A stretch of 8,483 nucleotides of DNA, taken from NCBI GenBank assembly GCA_000002435.2, contig AACB03000021.1; one strand, given 5' to 3'. The translations under genes and the position numbers were made by a program. How positions within the stretch are numbered: position 1 is the first letter of the stretch; each line of letters opens with the position of its first letter. Shown one piece after another: positions 6,001-8,483 of the stretch. The notes beneath the pieces were generated by a model that saw only the letters and a list, made by a program, of their open reading frames with translations, was not told the DNA's origin and made no database searches. The DNA comes from Giardia intestinalis. Lineage: Eukaryota.

Positions 6001-8483
6001 TGCAGAGCCCGCGGAGCCCGTCGAAGAACCTGAAGCGCCCGTTGAGGAGCCCGAGAGGCACGCCTTGCAGAGCCCGTCGAAGAACCTGAAGCGCCCGTTG
6101 AGGAGCCCGAGGAGGCACGCCTTGCAGAGCCCGCGGAGCCCGTCGAAGAACCTGAAGCGCCCGTTGAGGAGCCCGAGGAGGCACGCCTTGCAGAGCCCGT
6201 CGAAGAACCTGAAGCGCCCGTTGAGGAGCCCGAGGAGGCACGCCTTGCAGACCCGCGGAGCCCGTCGAAGAACCTGAAGCGCCCGTTGAGGAGCCCGAGG
6301 AGGCACGCCTTGCAGAGCCCGTCGAAGAACCTGAAGCGCCCGTTGAGGAGCCCGAGGAGGCACGCCTTGCAGAGCCCGTCGAAGAACCTGAAGCGCCCGT
6401 TGAGGAGCCCGAGGAGGCACGCCTTGCAGAGCCCGCGGAGCCCGTCGAAGAACCTGAAGCGCCCGTTGAGGAGCCCGAGGAGGCACGCCTTGCAGAGCCC
6501 GTCGAAGAACCTGAAGCGCCCGTTGAGGAGCCCGAGGAGGCACGCCTTGCAGAGCCCGCGGAGCCCGTCGAAGAACCTGAAGCGCCCGTTGAGGAGCCCG
6601 AGGAGGCACGCCTTGCAGAGCCCGTCGAAGAACCTGAAGCGCCCGTTGAGGAGCCCGAGGAGGCACGCCTTGCAGAGCCCGCGGAGCCCGTCGAAGAACC
6701 TGAAGCGCCCGTTGAGGAGCCCGAGGAGGCACGCCTTGCAGAGCCCGCGGAGCCCGTCGAAGAACCTGAAGCGCCCGTTGAGGAGCCCGAGGAGGCACGC
6801 CTTGCAGACCCCGCGGAGCCCGTCGAAGAACCCGAGCAGCAAGAGGCGCCCGTCGAAGAACCTGAAGCGCCCGTTGAGGAGCCCGAGGAGGCACGCCTTG
6901 CAGACCCGCGGAGCCCGTCGAAGAACCTGAAGCGCCCGTTGAGGAGCCCGAGGAGGCACGCCTTGCAGAGCCCGCGGAGCCCGTCGAAGAACCTGAAGCG
7001 CCCGTTGAGGAGCCCGAGGAGGCACGCCTTGCAGAGCCCGCGGAGCCCGTCGAAGAACCTGAAGCGCCCGTTGAGGAGCCCGAGGAGGCACGCCTTGCAG
7101 ACCCGCGGAGCCCGTCGAAGAACCCGAGCAGCAAGAGCGCCCGTCGAAGAACCTGAAGCGCCCGTTGAGGAGCCCGAGGAGGCACGCCTTGCAGACCCCG
7201 CGGAGCCCGTCGAAGAACCTGAAGCGCCCGTTGAGGAGCCCGAGGAGGCACGCCTTGCAGAGCCCGCGGAGCCCGTCGAAGAACCCGAGCGCAAGAGGCG
7301 CCCGTCGAAGAACCTGAAGCGCCCGTTGAGGAGCCCGAGGAGGCACGCCTTGCAGAGCCCGCGGAGCCCGTCGAAGAACCTGAAGCGCCCGTTGAGGAGC
7401 CCGAGGAGGCACGCCTTGCAGACCCCGCGGAGCCCGTCGAAGAACCCGAGCAGCAAGAGGCGCCCGTCGAAGAACCTGAAGCGCCCGTTGAGGAGCCCGA
7501 GGAGGCACGCCTTGCAGAGCCCGCGGAGCCCGTCGAAGAACCCGAGCAGCAAGAGGCGCCCGTCGAAGACCTGAAGCGCCCGTTGAGGAGCCCGAGGAGG
7601 CACGCCTTGCAGAGCCCGCGGAGCCCGTCGAAGAACCTGAAGCGCCCGTTGAGGAGCCCGAGGAGGCACGCCTTGCAGACCCCGCGGAGCCCGTCGAAGA
7701 ACCCGAGCAGCAAGAGGCGCCCGTCGAAGAACCTGAAGCGCCCGTTGAGGAGCCCGAGGAGGCACGCCTTGCAGACCCGCGGAGCCCGTCGAAGAACCCG
7801 AGCAGCAAGAGGGCCCGTCGAAGAACCTGAAGCGCCCGTTGAGGAGCCCGAGGAGGCACGCCTTGCAGACCCGCGGAGCCCGTCGAAGAACCTGAAGCGC
7901 CCGTTGAGGAGCCCGAGGAGGCACGCCTTGCAGAGCCCGCGGAGCCCGTCGAAGAACCCGAGCAGCAAGAGGCGCCCGTCGAAGAACCTGAAGCGCCCGT
8001 TGAGGAGCCCGAGGAGGCACGCCTTGCAGACCCCGCGGAGCCCGTCGAAGAACCTGAAGCGCCCGTTGAGGAGCCCGAGGAGGCACGCCTTGCAGAGCCC
8101 GCGGAGCCCGTCGAAGAACCTGAAGCGCCCGTTGAGGAGCCCGAGGAGGCACGCCTTGCAGAGCCCGCGGAGCCCGTCGAAGAACTGAACGCCCGTTGAG
8201 GAGCCCGAGGAGGCAGCCTTGCAGAGCCGCGGAGCCCGTCGAAGAACCTGAAGCGCCCGTTGAGGAGCCCGAGGAGGCACGCCTTGCAGACCCGCGGAGC
8301 CCGTCGAAGAACCTGAAGCGCCCGTTGAGGAGCCCGAGGAGGCACGCCTTGCAGACCCCGCGGAGCGTCGAAGAACCTGAAGCGCCCGTTGAGGAGCCCG
8401 AGAGGCACGCCTTGCAGACCCGCGGAGCCCGTCGAAGAACCTGAAGCGCCCGTTGAGGAGCCCGAGGAGGCACGCCTTGCAGA
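1..8483 (+). CDS. Internal fragment (no start, no stop) of a putative giant acidic Pro/Glu-rich tandem-repeat protein with repeat PVEEPEAPVEEPEEARLA[E/D]PAE, with or without the PVEEPEQQEA pre-insert. As given, the frame is interrupted by many 1-nt indels, so this may be a pseudogene or an error-containing read.
   Basis: The core consists of three 18-nt sub-repeats (cccgtcgaagaacccgag / cccgtcgaagaacctgaa / cccgttgaggagcccgag). These differ only at positions 6, 9, 12, 15 and 18, which are the third codon positions of this frame, so all three encode PVEEPE. Almost all unit-length variants are multiples of 3 (57, 66, 96, plus 27-nt inserts and +3/+6 core variants). The longest clean stretch in this frame is about 6261-6913 (about 217 codons). 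A minus-strand Ser/Gly-rich frame (SAGSARRASSGSSTGASGSSTG) shares the same wobble positions and cannot be excluded. Confidence 0.4.
240..305. repeat. Reference canonical 66-nt unit (core 240-293, linker gagcccgcggag 294-305)
   Basis: Read directly from the sequence. The adjacent unit 175-239 is the 65-nt variant with linker gacccgcggag at 229-239. Confidence 0.9.
1067..1090. other. Divergent linker island 'ggagcccgccggcgaggccccgtc' replacing the canonical 'gagcccgcggagcccgtc'
   Basis: Direct comparison with the canonical unit. This is the local maximum of irregularity in the indel-rich 5' part of the window. Confidence 0.6.
2344..2822. repeat. Run of five consecutive insert-bearing units (96, 96, 96, 95, 96 nt), each being the 30-nt pre-insert plus core plus D-type linker
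   Basis: Units fall at 2344-2439, 2440-2535, 2536-2631, 2632-2726 (CCC linker at 2716-2726) and 2727-2822. Each begins with cccgtcgaagaacccgagcagcaagaggcg. Confidence 0.85.
3128..3140. other. Unique 13-nt segment 'cctcggaccagcg' replacing the canonical 7-nt 'tgaagcg' inside a core (net +6 nt, in-frame)
   Basis: This is the only place in the window where the core sequence is substituted rather than changed by a 1-nt indel. In the PVEEPE frame it reads EEPLGPAPVEE instead of EEPEAPVEE. Confidence 0.6.
5696..6818. repeat. Insert-free sub-domain of 18 units lacking the 30-nt pre-insert. It contains all nine 57-nt units, alternating with 66-nt units as a 123-nt higher-order repeat (5894-6674).
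   Basis: The 'gag' short linkers lie at 5948-5950, 6070-6072, 6193-6195, 6315-6317, 6372-6374, 6495-6497 and 6618-6620. Full linkers interleave at 6005-6016, 6127-6138, 6429-6440, 6552-6563 and 6675-6686. No 'cagcaagagg' pre-insert occurs between 5624 and 6818. Confidence 0.85.

Larger units (their letters stand above)
1..8483. repeat. Continuous tandem array (~111 units) of a 66-nt GC-rich unit with 57-, 65- and 96-nt length variants; both window edges lie inside the array
   Basis: The anchor motif 'gcacgccttgcaga' recurs about 111 times at spacings of 57, 65, 66 or 96 nt. Every base of the window can be assigned to a core, a linker or the 30-nt pre-insert, and no unique sequence is present. 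Confidence 0.97.

Noticed and set aside
62-8444. The roughly 30 ORFs of 60-214 aa in the supplied track as independent genes
   Set aside because: All start at the in-repeat TTG ('ttg agg agc ccg' gives MRSPRR, 'ttg cag acc' gives MQTPRS) and end at a TGA created by a 1-nt frame slip, typically '...RGARRRT*' after a CCC linker. They are fragments of the repeat's two open + frames, heavily overlapping, with no RBS or promoter context.
1-8483. CRISPR array
   Set aside because: The repeats are contiguous with no unique spacers between them. The unit (57-96 nt) is a complete tile of the sequence, not a 28-37-nt direct repeat alternating with variable spacers, and there is no leader or cas context.
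1-8483. Mobile element or insertion sequence
   Set aside because: There are no terminal inverted repeats, target-site duplications or transposase-like ORFs. The structure is head-to-tail tandem duplication only.
1-8483. rRNA, tRNA or other structured ncRNA
   Set aside because: There are no cloverleaf-compatible segments or conserved rRNA motifs. The sequence is a low-complexity periodic repeat with no extended inverted repeats beyond the 6-bp ccgcgg palindrome.
1-8483. Promoters, RBS or intrinsic terminators
   Set aside because: There is no A/T-rich stretch anywhere and no T-runs following GC hairpins, so no -10-like, Shine-Dalgarno-plus-ATG or terminator architecture can be supported.
1-8483. 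Minus-strand Leu/Phe/Cys-rich frame (LRGLCKACLLGLLNGRFRFFDG) as the true CDS because of its 100% GC3
   Set aside because: Sub-repeat differences would be non-synonymous at five of six residues in that frame, and the product is an implausible hydrophobic Cys-containing repeat. The high GC3 is a mirror image of the 100% GC at first codon positions of the PVEEPE frame.

Overview
The entire 8,483-nt window is a single uninterrupted tandem-repeat array, about 70% GC and CpG-rich, with roughly 111 copies. The window starts and ends inside the array, so there is no flanking unique sequence. The basic unit is 66 nt: a 54-nt core 'cccgtcgaagaacctgaagcgcccgttgaggagcccgaggaggcacgccttgca' plus a 12-nt linker, either 'gagcccgcggag' or 'gaccccgcggag'. 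Four length variants recur. A 96-nt unit carries the 30-nt pre-insert 'cccgtcgaagaacccgagcagcaagaggcg' (about 40 copies). A 57-nt unit has the linker reduced to 'gag' (9 copies, only within 5894-6674). A 65-nt unit has the linker 'gacccgcggag' with CCC instead of CCCC (about 21 copies). There are also about 50 sporadic 1-nt homopolymer-length indels. The 54-nt core is itself a triplicated 18-nt sub-repeat that, on the + strand, encodes PVEEPE three times with differences only at codon third positions. My best reading is therefore that the window is an internal fragment of a giant gene for an acidic Pro/Glu-rich tandem-repeat protein ((PVEEPEQQEA)0-1-PVEEPEA-PVEEPEEARLA[E/D](PAE)0-1). The 1-nt indels break that frame repeatedly, so no + strand ORF exceeds about 650 nt. 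These indels are either homopolymer sequencing or assembly errors, or they reflect a decayed pseudogene or satellite. Five of six frames are free of stop codons for compositional reasons: I find no TA or AT dinucleotide, no ATG on either strand, and no TAA or TAG. The roughly 30 short ORFs in the supplied track are TTG-start/TGA-stop artefacts of the frame slips, not independent genes. I see no rRNA, tRNA, CRISPR, promoter, terminator or mobile-element signatures, and no multi-gene system can be supported from this window. The organism and protein family cannot be identified from sequence alone.
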